From positions 124,001 through 188,000 of the forward strand of contig NIVC01001059.1 of NCBI GenBank assembly GCA_002269645.1: a stretch of 64,000 nt of DNA, written 5' to 3'. The position numbers and the translations under genes were made by a program. The DNA is from Macrostomum lignano. Its lineage: Eukaryota. This document shows, one piece after another, positions 36,801 to 50,259 of the stretch (positions are counted from its first letter, which is position 1; every line of letters starts with the position of its first letter). The notes beneath the pieces are model-generated. The model did not search any database. It was given only the letters and a program-made list of their open reading frames with translations, and had not been told where the DNA came from.

Positions 36801-39800
36801 CAGCTGACGGCCGCGCAGGCGCATGTGAGGGAAGGCGGAGCGCCATTCTGAGCACTCTTCCTGGGTCTTGGCGACCGGCGGCTGGGCGATCTCCGAGCTC
36901 GCAGAGTCTTGGCGGTACAGCAGGCTGTCGATCTGCTCGAACAGCTCGCTGACTCGATGGGCCGCGATGAGCTCGTATTCCTGTGTGGGAAGCGGGTGGC
37001 GGTGCCCTAGGGTCAGTTGGGTCATTGGCGGCGCCCTAGGGTCAGTTGGGTCATTGGCGGCGCCCTAGGGTCAGTTGGGTCATTGGCGGCGCCCTAGGGT
37101 CAGTTGGGTCATTGGCGGCGCCCTAGGGTCAGTTGGGTCATTGGCGGCGCCCTAGGGTCAGTGGCGGTGCACTCACGCAGTCAGCCCAGTCGTCAGAGCT
37201 GCTGAGGCTGGTGCGGTCAGTCTCAATCAGGTGACGCCGCTCGGCAACGCCCGATTGGACTCCGCTAATGACGCCGTTCCAGCTAGGCGCGCCGCCGCTG
37301 ATGGCCTCTTCACCGGAGCTGGCGGCTCCATCGGCCGACAGAGTCGACTCAGAGTCGGCCGAGGCCTCAAACTGGCCGTCATCGTCGTCATCGTCGTCCC
37401 GGAGCCGGTGCTGTCGCTCCGGACGGCTGTCCGTGACAGTCAGGGTGGACAGGTCCGTCCCCTCCGAGGCGTAGGCGGGCCGGCTGTGCGGGGCGCATTG
37501 GTAATTTTGAATACTGCAGTGAGCCACTCACACTACCTGGTACACACGAGCTACACCTGAGACAGGTTCAGTTTAGTGTCAACTCGGATTCGAGTTTTGT
37601 ATCAGTCCATATGGATTTGCCCGTAGACAAAATAGAAGGAACTGTTTAAAGTAATCGAGCATTTCCTGTCTCAATTTGAATTCCCAAATTAAACGGGCAG
37701 ATGTATTCGCACCTTCATGATACCTGAACCTTGTATTGGTCGTCTACCTGAGCTTTTCATGTTTCTACCTGAGACTTTGATGCTTCTACCTGAGACTTTG
37801 ATGTTTCTACCTGAGCTTTTCATGTTTCTACCTGAGACTTTGATGTTTCTACCTGAGACTTTGATGTTTCTACCTGAGACTTTGATGTTTCTACCTGAGA
37901 CTTTGATGTTTCGACGAGTGCCGGAGACGCTGATGCCATTACTATCCATAAGGGTTAGGGTTGGAAGGATGACAGGAGATTTTTTAAGAATTCAAGGCTT
38001 ATTTGGGTCATTGCTGAGATGTCAAAGGGGGGAGTTGATATGTTAAGGCTTGTGGGAGGGGAATTACTGAGATATCAATGCTTACAAGGGATTTCCGAGG
38101 TTATTGCAAATAGACGCTACATGTAGTTTATTCAAAAACTTGTACTGCATTTTTTGCTACCCAACGGGGGCGCTGATTGCTAGTAAGAGCTATAGGGTAA
38201 ATTTTTTGCTCAAAATGCTTAATTAAGCAAAATCCCAGTATTAACATCCTCTGGCATCCCATGATTGGACTGGAGTGAGCAGAGCTCAGCTCTGGGCTGA
38301 GGTAACACACAGGCGTAGAGGTATGAAATTACAATCGTCAGTGTAGAACGCGGGTTTCTATGGCAACAAAATGCTGCCTCACCTGCCCTGGAAACTGCCT
38401 GTATGTCTGAGACCCCTTAGGGAAATGGATGGGTGGAGCAGAGAGCAGACATACATGCTGGCAATGAAGGCACAATGCTGGGCTGCTGAGCCAGGGATTT
38501 TTTTGCAGCTAAAAATAATATTGCAAATAAGGTTTCGCTCGCAGGAGTTTCATGGCTGCGGAAATGCAAGCGGACTGCATGGGTGACGAAGACTCTTTAG
38601 TGAGGCTGCGGCCAGCCCAGACACAGGGGATCTGGGAGTGACATCTCAGACACTGGGGATCTGGGAGAGTGACATCTTAGACACTGGGGATCTGGGAGAG
38701 TGACATCTCAGACACTGGGGATCTGGGAGAGTGACATTTCAGACACTGGGGATCTGGGAGAGTGACATCCCAGACACTGGGGATCTGGGAGAGTGACATC
38801 TCAGACACTGGGAATTTAGGAGAGTGACACCTCAGACACTGGGGATCTGGGAGAGTGACATCTCAGACACTGGGGATCTGGGAGTGGCATTCCAGCCACT
38901 GGGGATCTGGGAGGATAGCAGCCCAGAGTCTTCTCTCACCCGTCATGCTGGTGCTCGCTGAGCCAGAGCGGTTTCTGCTGGTAACCAAAGGCGGAGCTCG
39001 CGGTTGTGGCGGGCGAGTCCGGGCCCATGCGGACAGACAGTGGCGCCTCCAGATCTGCTGGCGTCCTGCCCACCGCGTGGCTGGAATTCAAATAGGAGAC
39101 AATAAATTAGCAGGAATTAGCAGGTAAGGATTATACTGTTCTTGCAGCAAGCACCTCGGCCCGATAGCCTTGAGTCGCATGTTTTCTTAAAAAGCTTTCG
39201 CTTGCAATTTAAGAAGCTAGGCGTGGAGCTGACGACACAGCCACTACAAGCATCCAAGAGCTGCGTACAGCTAGTGCAGTACTGCCAATGTGGGGGCACT
39301 GGAGCTCAGCTAAATTGGTCACTTGCGTACAGTTAGTGCAGTACTGGCAAAGTGGGGGCACTGGAGCTCAGCTAAATTGGTCACTTGCGTACAGTTAGTG
39401 CAGTACTGCCAATGTGGGGGCACTGGAGCTCAGCTAAATTGGTCACTTGCGTACAGCTAGTGCAGTACTGGCAATGTGGGGGCACTGGAGCTCAGCTAAA
39501 TTGGTCACTTGCGTACAGTTAGTGCAGTACTGCCAATGTGGGGGCACTGGAGCTCAGCTAAATTGGTCACTTGCGTACAGTTAGTGCAGTACTGGCAATG
39601 TGGGGGCACTGGAGCTCAGCTAAATTGGTCACTTGCGTACAGTTAGTGCAGTACTGCCAATGTGGGGGCACTGGAGCTCAGCTAAATTGGTCACTTGCGT
39701 ACAGTTAGTGCAGTACTGCCAATGTGGGGGCACTGGAGCTCAGCTAAATTGGTCACTTGCGTACAGTTAGTGCAGTACTGGCAATGTGGGGTGCCACCAG

Positions 39801-39824
39801 AGAAAATAAGTCTTACACTGCCAT
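33866..39824 (-). CDS. FAM149-family (DUF3719) protein, 673 aa, 6 exons
   Basis: Model join(39824..39817,39080..38940,37483..37177,36980..36688,35946..34745,33936..33866) = 2022 nt, all GT-AG and in phase. Motifs [12 protein letters not shown]...[42 protein letters not shown]...FDSLW. The first and last exons are less certain. Confidence 0.78.
33995..34630. repeat. 21-25-bp minisatellite (CCTGTCTGTCTCAGTGTGTGCTG), FAM149 intron 5
   Basis: Direct periodicity; source of the Cys/Val-rich pseudo-ORFs. Confidence 0.9.
35962..36335. repeat. 24-bp minisatellite, about 15 copies, FAM149 intron 4
   Basis: AGGGGCGGATTTGAATTGATTCTT repeated up to the branch/acceptor region. Confidence 0.95.
37005..37160. 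repeat. 29-bp minisatellite, about 5 copies, making up most of the 196-nt FAM149 intron 3
   Basis: GTCAGTTGGGTCATTGGCGGCGCCCTAGG between the donor (37176) and acceptor (36981). Confidence 0.9.
37742..37910. repeat. 21-bp minisatellite, FAM149 intron 2
   Basis: TTCTACCTGAGACTTTGATGT repeated. Confidence 0.9.
38618..38910. repeat. 31-bp minisatellite, about 9 copies, FAM149 intron 2
   Basis: GACATCTCAGACACTGGGGATCTGGGAGAGT repeated. Confidence 0.9.
39262..39790. repeat. 62-bp minisatellite, about 8.5 copies, FAM149 intron 1
   Basis: Period 62 (39265 to 39327). Confidence 0.95.
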
Positions 39825-40617
39825 GGCAAACTCGGAGCACTCGGAACTGCACTGAAGCGGACGTGGCGGTCGCGCGAGCTGCCGCTGGTGACGGTAGCTA
39901 GCTGGGTAGCAGATACGGGTATCCCACCGTCAGAGGGACAGGAGGTGGGGAAAACCGCAGACGGTCTAATCGCTGGGATCTGTCAATTGTGCGCTAAATG
40001 CTGCAATTTACAATCCCGTGGCAATTTGCACTACAGGAGATGCCAAGGCGCTGTTTTGTTGTGTTTTTATTAAAAAGCGGAGTCAGAAGCAGGAGGCGCG
40101 AGAATGAGGGGAGGGGGGGGGCTCTATTATTCCATTCCAGCCAGGCAATTGTGGCCACTGTGAGTACACACCAGCCATGGCGAGGTGGGCGGACTGTACG
40201 CTGGCAGGTCAGAGGCTTCAAGACTGTCGGGGGGGGGGGGGGTAAGAAAGACACTGAGACCCCGCAGGCACTAGGCAACTGGGCTCTCACGCCATTTCTC
40301 CATCGACCTACTCAGGCAGTCTCTATTTTCACTCGCTGCACACCGAAGGAGGCTCTTAAACCAGCTCGGCCTGTCAGAAAACTGCCAGCGAATGAGCGGG
40401 AGTGGATGAAGGAGGCTGGGCTTGGCGCAAGGAGTTAATTTGAGTCCCAGCCGCACACAGGCAGCTGGCACTGGTCCGATTCGCTAGCAATAAAAGTTCA
40501 AAAGCAAAGGAAATAGAGTAGCAAGTGAAATGCTTGAAGCGCTACTATGGAGATGCAGTTTAAATCTAGGACCAACTCGGGACAAACGCAATTGTCAGTG
40601 CGAATCGGTATCCATGG

Positions 40618-40916
40618 CATACATGTGCAACCTCCAAAATTCGGTCAGCCGTGCGACTTAGTTTTAACAAAAATGCTACGTAGTTTTTGGCCAAAAATGC
40701 GACTTACATATAAAAAAAACCCGAAAGCAAACTTAACGCAACTTTGGGTAAACGGCAGGAGTAACTATGACTGTTTTATTAAGCTAAAATGCCTCGTCAG
40801 CTACTTAGTACTACTCTTCAGGTTATTTTTTGGGTGGGCATTTTTGCGACTTCCTTGATTGGCCGCCAAATCGGTCGGCCGGATCGGCCGACTCGGCCGA
40901 CTGTTGCGCATGTATG
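40618..40916. mobile_element. hAT-like MITE, 299 bp, complete
   Basis: TIRs CATACATGTGCAAC and GTTGCGCATGTATG; perfect 8-bp TSD ATCCATGG (40610-40617 and 40917-40924). Confidence 0.9.
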
Positions 40917-41258
40917 ATCCATGGCAACAAATTCGATGTTAGAAACTAACAGAACTGCACAGGCTCCCTCGGGTCTGGCTAAACAGCTGAGCATAATCGG
41001 GGTTTAAGATAAAAAGCTGAGCTGTTTGACTAAGGAGCAGCAGGCAGCCTCAAAGCGCCGGCATCAGCGACAGGGGAGCCCGCAGCCTTGGCGGAGGCGG
41101 GGTGGGCCGTCGGCAAACAGCAAACGGCAGCCAGTGTTGACACGGCTGGCCTATGGCCACTGCAGACTCGCACTGGGAGGGCGCTCAGCTATTGCTGGGT
41201 GGTCCAAGCTGGGCCTTGGGCTGCATCTTCTGCTGCGGCAGCTCGGAAACCCTGAGCA

Positions 41259-41417
41259 TCTGAGGGAGTGACCGTGGGCAATGCAGAGATCAGAGGGAGT
41301 GACCGTGGGCAATGTAGAGATCTGAGGGAGTGACCGTGGGCAATGCAGAGCATCTGAGGGAGTGACCGTGGGCAATGCAGAGCGTCTGAGGGAGCGACCG
41401 TGGGCAATGCAGAGCAT
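41259..41417. repeat. 31-32-bp repeat, 5 copies, whose minus strand carries a 3' splice-site-like motif
   Basis: Minus-strand unit ...GGTCACTCCCTCAG|ATG/ATC. Confidence 0.85.
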
Positions 41418-41682
41418 GAAACTAGAAGCAAAGCAGCCCAATCAAAAGCCAATTTAGTGCAACGCCATCTTAAAAAGCCTAAAACTTGGCCCTTCCATAC
41501 TGTTTAGTAAGCTGCTACCCAGTTGAAATGAAACAAAGACAATCCAAGAGCGTCTTTTCCAAGAGCCGCAGCTCGCGCCCAACAAAGCTTAACCAGCGTT
41601 TATTTCAATCTTCATTCATCAACGCAGACGGGCAGACAGTCAGTGACAGGCATTGCAGTACACAGCAGATGGGGCAGCTCGA

Positions 41683-41850
41683 TCAGTCCTTCTTGAACCC
41701 GATCGTCTCCGCGTATTGGCGGAAGCACTGGCGGCACACGCTGAGGCCGTACTTGCGGATGATGCCGTGCCTGTTGGAGCAGACGCGGCAGCAGCGGCTG
41801 CCAGGTCCGTACTTCTTGGGGTGAGCGTGCCAGATAGATGAGAACGGCAT
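41683..41850 (-). CDS. rps29: 40S ribosomal protein S29 (uS14), 55 aa, coding sequence intronless and divergent
   Basis: [55 protein letters not shown]; the four Zn-ligand Cys are intact. CTGCAG acceptor 17 nt before the ATG; AATAAA at 41604-41599. Confidence 0.93.
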   Translation of the reverse strand: MPFSSIWHAHPKKYGPGSRCCRVCSNRHGIIRKYGLSVCRQCFRQYAETIGFKKD

Positions 41851-42441
41851 TGTCAGGCTTTGCTGGGCTGCAGTGCATGTGCGATTCTCATTTTAATGCA
41901 CTTGTCACGTGACAAGACAGTTCGGAGACACAGGGTAATGGTGTAATTAATGAGACATTTCAGAAGGGTAAAATGGCAACAGTTATTGTATTTATAGATA
42001 ATTTAAGTTTCTTTAAATAACAGGTGCATTACTGCATTAGTGTAGAAAAATACTGAATTAATTCACATTTGGGATTCTAGTTTTTAATTAAGACCAAGGC
42101 TTTAAATATAGAAACATAGTCATGTTCTACTTCTAATTATCATTCTAGTTTATTTGTTGGTAATTTAAAGTCTAATTTTTTGAAATGCATAGAAAGCACA
42201 AAGTGCTAACCCTCCATCCATAGGCATGGTGCAGTTCAAATAGGTGTCTAGCACAGTTGAGCTATGCATTATAATAGGAAGATCTAGCTAATATACATAG
42301 TTTCAATTATAGATAAGTATACAGATACTAGTCTTTATTTTTTATGTAATAAGGATGATATTTAATATCCTAACTTTCCAAATTTCATATTGAAATTGGA
42401 CCTTAGATGCAACCTTTCATCTTATTGCTAGAAAAGCCCAG

Positions 42442-45400
42442 ATACTAGGTTGTTTGTAATATTTCTTTATCTTATAGTCAAAAAGGCAGCACAGTATATA
42501 CTAGAATAAATTTCAAGGGACAAACTATGTATAATTAATATGCTAGGTTGTCTGTAATATTTCTTTATCTTATAGTCAAAAAGGCGGCACAGTATATACT
42601 AGAATAAATTTCAAGGGACAAACTATGTATAATTAATATGCTAGGTTGTCTGTAATATTTCTTTATCTTATAGTCAAAAAGGCGGCACAGTATATACTAG
42701 AATAAATTTCAAGGGACAAACTATGTATAATTAATATGCTAGGTTGTCTGTAATATTTCTTTATCTTATAGTCAAAAAGGCGGCACAGTGTATACTAGAA
42801 TAAATTTCAAGGGACAAACTATGTATAATTAATATGCTAGGTTGTTTGTAATATTTCTTTATCTTATAGTCAAAAAGGCGGCACAGTGTATACTAGAATA
42901 AATTTCAAGGGACAAACTATGTATAATTAATATACTAGGTTGTTTGTAATATTTCTTTATCTTATAGTCAAAAAGGCGGCACAGTATATACTAGAATAAA
43001 TTTCAAGGGACAAACTATGTATAATTAATATGCTAGGTTGTCTGTAATATTTCTTTATCTTATAGTCAAAAAGGCGACACAGTGTATACTAGAATAAATT
43101 TCAAGGGACAAACTATGTATAATTAATATGCTAGGTTGTTTGTAATATTTCTTTATCTTATAGTCAAAAAGGCGGCACAGTGTATACTAGAATAAATTTC
43201 AAGGGACAAACTATGTATAATTAATATACTAGGTTGTTTGTAATATTTCTTTATCTTATAGTCAAAAAGGCGGCACAGTATATACTAGAATAAATTTCAA
43301 GGGACAAACTATGTATAATTAATATGCTAGGTTGTCTGTAATATTTCTTTATCTTATAGTCAAAAAGGCGGCACAGTGTATACTAGAATAAATTTCAAGG
43401 GACAAACTATGTATAATTAATATACTAGGTTGTCTGTAATATTTCTTTATCTTATAGTCAAAAAGGCGGCACAGTGTATACTAGAATAAATTTCAAGGGA
43501 CAAACTATGTATAATTAATATACTAGGTTGTCTGTAATATTTCTTTATCTTATAGTCAAAAAGGCAGCACAGTATATACTAGAATAAATTTCAAGGGACA
43601 AACTATGTATAATTAATATACTAGGTTGTCTGTAATATTTCTTTATCTTATAGTCAAAAAGGCAGCACAGTATATACTAGAATAAATTTCAAGGGACAAA
43701 CTATGTATAATTAATATACTAGGTTGTCTGTAATATTTCTTTATCTTATAGTCAAAAAGGCGGCACAGTGTATACTAGAATAAATTTCAAGGGACAAACT
43801 ATGTATAATTAATATACTAGGTTGTTTGTAATATTTCTTTATCTTATAGTCAAAAAGGCGGCACAGTGTATACTAGAATAAATTTCAAGGGACAAACTAT
43901 GTATAATTAATATGCTAGGTTGTTTGTAATATTTCTTTATCTTATAGTCAAAAAGGCAGCACAGTATATACTAGAATAAATTTCAAGGGACAAACTATGT
44001 ATAATTAATATGCTAGGTTGTTTGTAATATTTCTTTATCTTATAGTCAAAAAGGCAGCACAGTATATACTAGAATAAATTTCAAGGGACAAACTATGTAT
44101 AATTAATATACTAGGTTGTTTGTAATATTTCTTTATCTTATAGTCAAAAAGGCGGCACAGTGTATACTAGAATAAATTTCAAGGGACAAACTATGTATAA
44201 TTAATATGCTAGGTTGTTTGTAATATTTCTTTATCTTATAGTCAAAAAGGCAGCACAGTATATACTAGAATAAATTTCAAGGGACAAACTATGTATAATT
44301 AATATGCTAGGTTGTTTGTAATATTTCTTTATCTTATAGTCAAAAAGGCAGCACAGTATATACTAGAATAAATTTCAAGGGACAAACTATGTATAATTAA
44401 TATACTAGGTTGTTTGTAATATTTCTTTATCTTATAGTCAAAAAGGCGGCACAGTGTATACTAGAATAAATTTCAAGGGACAAACTATGTATAATTAATA
44501 TGCTAGGTTGTTTGTAATATTTCTTTATCTTATAGTCAAAAAGGCAGCACAGTATATACTAGAATAAATTTCAAGGGACAAACTATGTATAATTAATATG
44601 CTAGGTTGTTTGTAATATTTCTTTATCTTATAGTCAAAAAGGCGGCACAGTGTATACTAGAATAAATTTCAAGGGACAAACTATGTATAATTAATATTTC
44701 TTTATCTTATAGTCAAAAAGGCGGCACAGTGTATACTAGAATAAATTTCAAGGGACAAACTATGTATAATTAATATGCTAGGTTGTTTGTAATATTTCTT
44801 TATCTTATAGTCAAAAAGGCGGCACAGTATATACTAGAATAAATTTCAAGGGACAAACTATGTATAATTAATATACTAGGTTGTTTGTAATATTTCTTTA
44901 TCTTATAGTCAAAAAGGCGGCACAGTGTATACTAGAATAAATTTCAAGGGACAAACTATGTATAATTAATATGCTAGGTTGTTTGTAATATTTCTTTATC
45001 TTATAGTCAAAAAGGCGGCACAGTATATACTAGAATAAATTTCAAGGGACAAACTATGTATAATTAATATGCTAGGTTGTTTGTAATATTTCTTTATCTT
45101 ATAGTCAAAAAGGCAGCACAGTATATACTAGAATAAATTTCAAGGGACAAACTATGTATAATTAATATGCTAGGTTGTTTGTAATATTTCTTTATCTTAT
45201 AGTCAAAAAGGCAGCACAGTATATACTAGAATAAATTTCAAGGGACAAACTATGTATAATTAATATGCTAGGTTGTTTGTAATATTTCTTTATCTTATAG
45301 TCAAAAAGGCGACAGTATATACTAGAATAAATTTCAAGGGACAAACTATGTATAATTAATATGCTAGGTTGTTTGTAATATTTCTTTATCTTATAGTCAA

Positions 45401-48400
45401 AAAGGCGGCACAGTATATACTAGAATAAATTTCAAGGGACAAACTATGTATAATTAATATGCTAGGTTGTTTGTAATATTTCTTTATCTTATAGTCAAAA
45501 AGGCGGCACAGTGTATACTAGAATAAATTTCAAGGGACAAACTATGTATAATTAATATGCTAGGTTGTTTGTAATATTTCTTTATCTTATAGTCAAAAAG
45601 GCGGCACAGTATATACTAGAATAAATTTCAAGGGACAAACTATGTATAATTAATATGCTAGGTTGTTTGTAATATTTCTTTATCTTATAGTCAAAAAGGC
45701 GGCACAGTATATACTAGAATAAATTTCAAGGGACAAACTATGTATAATTAATATGCTAGGTTGTTTGTAATATTTCTTTATCTTATAGTCAAAAAGGCGG
45801 CACAGTATATACTAGAATAAATTTCAAGGGACAAACTATGTATAATTAATATGCTAGGTTGTTTGTAATATTTCTTTATCTTATAGTCAAAAAGGCGGCA
45901 CAGTGTATACTAGAATAAATTTCAAGGGACAAACTATGTATAATTAATATGCTAGGTTGTTTGTAATATTTCTTTATCTTATAGTCAAAAAGGCGGCACA
46001 GTATATACTAGAATAAATTTCAAGGGACAAACTATGTATAATTAATATGCTAGGTTGTTTGTAATATTTCTTTATCTTATAGTCAAAAAGGCGGCACAGT
46101 ATATACTAGAATAAATTTCAAGGGACAAACTATGTATAATTAATATGCTAGGTTGTTTGTAATATTTCTTTATCTTATAGTCAAAAAGGCGGCACAGTAT
46201 ATACTAGAATAAATTTCAAGGGACAAACTATGTATAATTAATATGCTAGGTTGTTTGTAATATTTCTTTATCTTATAGTCAAAAAGGCGGCACAGTGTAT
46301 ACTAGAATAAATTTCAAGGGACAAACTATGTATAATTAATATGCTAGGTTGTTTGTAATATTTCTTTATCTTATAGTCAAAAAGGCGGCACAGTGTATAC
46401 TAGAATAAATTTCAAGGGACAAACTATGTATAATTAATATGCTAGGTTGTTTGTAATATTTCTTTATCTTATAGTCAAAAAGGCGGCACAGTATATACTA
46501 GAATAAATTTCAAGGGACAAACTATGTATAATTAATATGCTAGGTTGTTGTAATATTTCTTTATCTTATAGTCAAAAAGGCGGCACAGTATATACTAGAA
46601 TAAATTTCAAGGGACAAACTATGTATAATTAATATGCTAGGTTGTTTGTAATATTTCTTTATCTTATAGTCAAAAAGGCGGCACAGTGTATACTAGAATA
46701 AATTTCAAGGGACAAACTATGTATAATTAATATGCTAGGTTGTCTGTAATATTTCTTTATCTTATAGTCAAAAAGGCGGCACAGTATATACTAGAATAAA
46801 TTTCAAGGGACAAACTATGTATAATTAATATGCTAGGTTGTCTGTAATATTTCTTTATCTTATAGTCAAAAAGGCGGCACAGTATATACTAGAATAAATT
46901 TCAAGGGACAAACTATGTATAATTAATATGCTAGGTTGTTGTAATATTTCTTTATCTTATAGTCAAAAAGGCGGCACAGTGTATACTAGAATAAATTTCA
47001 AGGGACAAACTATGTATAATTAATATGCTAGGTTGTTTGTAATATTTCTTTATCTTATAGTCAAAAAGGCGGCACAGTGTATACTAGAATAAATTTCAAG
47101 GGACAAACTATGTATAATTAATATGCTAGGTTGTTGTAATATTTCTTTATCTTATAGTCAAAAAGGTGGCACAGTATATACTAGAATAAATTTCAAGGGA
47201 CAAACTATGTATAATTAATATGCTAGGTTGTTTGTAATATTTCTTTATCTTATAGTCAAAAAGGCGGCACAGTGTATACTAGAATAAATTTCAAGGGACA
47301 AACTATGTATAATTAATATGCTAGGTTGTTTGTAATATTTCTTTATCTTATAGTCAAAAAGGCGGCACAGTGTATACTAGAATAAATTTCAAGGGACAAA
47401 CTATGTATAATTAATATGCTAGGTTGTTTGTAATATTTCTTTATCTTATAGTCAAAAAGGCGGCACAGTGTATACTAGAATAAATTTCAAGGGACAAACT
47501 ATGTATAATTAATATGCTAGGTTGTTTGTAATATTTCTTTATCTTATAGTCAAAAAGGCGGCACAGTGTATACTAGAATAAATTTCAAGGGACAAACTAT
47601 GTATAATTAATATGCTAGGTTGTTTGTAATATTTCTTTATCTTATAGTCAAAAAGGCGGCACAGTGTATACTAGAATAAATTTCAAGGGACAAACTATGT
47701 ATAATTAATATGCTAGGTTGTTTGTAATATTTCTTTATCTTATAGTCAAAAAGGCGCACAGTATATACTAGAATAAATTTCAAGGGACAAACTATGTATA
47801 ATTAATATGCTAGGTTGTTTGTAATATTTCTTTATCTTATAGTCAAAAAGGCGGCACAGTGTATACTAGAATAAATTTCAAGGGACAAACTATGTATAAT
47901 TAATATGCTAGGTTGTTTGTAATATTTCTTTATCTTATAGTCAAAAAGGCGGCACAGTGTATACTAGAATAAATTTCAAGGGACAAACTATGTATAATTA
48001 ATATGCTAGGTTGTTTGTAATATTTCTTTATCTTATAGTCAAAAAGGCGGCACAGTATATACTAGAATAAATTTCAAGGGACAAACTATGTATAATTAAT
48101 ATGCTAGGTTGTTTGTAATATTTCTTTATCTTATAGTCAAAAAGGCGGCACAGTATATACTAGAATAAATTTCAAGGGACAAACTATGTATAATTAATAT
48201 GCTAGGTTGTTTGTAATATTTCTTTATCTTATAGTCAAAAAGGCGGCACAGTATATACTAGAATAAATTTCAAGGGACAAACTATGTATAATTAATATGC
48301 TAGGTTGTTTGTAATATTTCTTTATCTTATAGTCAAAAAGGCAGCACAGTATATACTAGAATAAATTTCAAGGGACAAACTATGTATAATTAATATGCTA

Positions 48401-50259
48401 GGTTGTTTGTAATATTTCTTTATCTTATAGTCAAAAAGGCGACACAGTATATACTAGAATAAATTTCAAGGGACAAACTATGTATAATTAATATGCTAGG
48501 TTGTTTGTAATATTTCTTTATCTTATAGTCAAAAAGGCGGCACAGTATATACTAGAATAAATTTCAAGGGACAAACTATGTATAATTAATATGCTAGGTT
48601 GTTTGTAATATTTCTTTATCTTATAGTCAAAAAGGTGGCACAGTGTATACTAGAATAAATTTCAAGGGACAAACTATGTATAATTAATATGCTAGGTTGT
48701 TTGTAATATTTCTTTATCTTATAGTCAAAAAGGCGGCACAGTGTATACTAGAATAAATTTCAAGGGACAAACTATGTATAATTAATATGCTAGGTTGTTT
48801 GTAATATTTCTTTATCTTATAGTCAAAAAGGCGGCACAGTATATACTAGAATAAATTTCAAGGGACAAACTATGTATAATTAATATGCTAGGTTGTTTGT
48901 AATATTTCTTTATCTTATAGTCAAAAAGGCGACACAGTGTATACTAGAATAAATTTCAAGGGACAAACTATGTATAATTAATATGCTAGGTTGTTTGTAA
49001 TATTTCTTTATCTTATAGTCAAAAAGGCGACACAGTGTATACTAGAATAAATTTCAAGGGACAAACTATGTATAATTAATATGCTAGGTTGTTTGTAATA
49101 TTTCTTTATCTTATAGTCAAAAAGGGCACAGTATATACTAGAATAAATTTCAAGGGACAAACTATGTATAATTAATATGCTAGGTTGTTTGTAATATTTC
49201 TTTATCTTATAGTCAAAAAGGTGGCACAGTGTATACTAGAATAAATTTCAAGGGACAAACTATGTATAATTAATATGCTAGGTTGTTTGTAATATTTCTT
49301 TATCTTATAGTCAAAAAGGCGGCACAGTATATACTAGAATAAATTTCAAGGGACAAACTATGTATAATTAATATGCTAGGTTGTTTGTAATATTTCTTTA
49401 TCTTATAGTCAAAAAGGCGCACAGTATATACTAGAATAAATTTCAAGGGACAAACTATGTATAATTAATATGCTAGGTTGTTTGTAATATTTCTTTATCT
49501 TATAGTCAAAAAGGCGACACAGTGTATACTAGAATAAATTTCAAGGGACAAACTATGTATAATTAATATGCTAGGTTGTTTGTAATATTTCTTTATCTTA
49601 TAGTCAAAAAGGTGGCACAGTGTATACTAGAATAAATTTCAAGGGACAAACTATGTATAATTAATATGCTAGGTTGTTTGTAATATTTCTTTATCTTATA
49701 GTCAAAAAGGCGGCACAGTATATACTAGAATAAATTTCAAGGGACAAACTATGTATAATTAATATGCTAGGTTGTTTGTAATATTTCTTTATCTTATAGT
49801 CAAAAAGGCCGCACAGTGTATACTAGAATAAATTTCAAGGGACAAACTATGTATAATTAATATGCTAGGTTGTTTGTAATATTTCTTTATCTTATAGTCA
49901 AAAAGGCGACACAGTGTATACTAGAATAAATTTCAAGGGACAAACTATGTATAATTAATATGCTAGGTTGTTTGTAATATTTCTTTATCTTATAGTCAAA
50001 AAGGTGGCACAGTGTATACTAGAATAAATTTCAAGGGACAAACTATGTATAATTAATATGCTAGGTTGTTTGTAATATTTCTTTATCTTATAGTCAAAAA
50101 GGCGGCACAGTATATACTAGAATAAATTTCAAGGGACAAACTATGTATAATTAATATGCTAGGTTGTTTGTAATATTTCTTTATCTTATAGTCAAAAAGG
50201 CGGCACAGTATATACTAGAATAAATTTCAAGGGACAAACTATGTATAATTAATATGCTA
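42442..50259. repeat. AT-rich 98-bp satellite array, about 80 copies, 7.8 kb
   Basis: Period 98 (42541 to 42639); near-identical head-to-tail units with no spacers. Confidence 0.97.

Noticed and set aside
42442-50259. CRISPR-like regular array
   Set aside because: The units are contiguous with no unique spacers, there are no cas genes, and the context is eukaryotic: this is a satellite.
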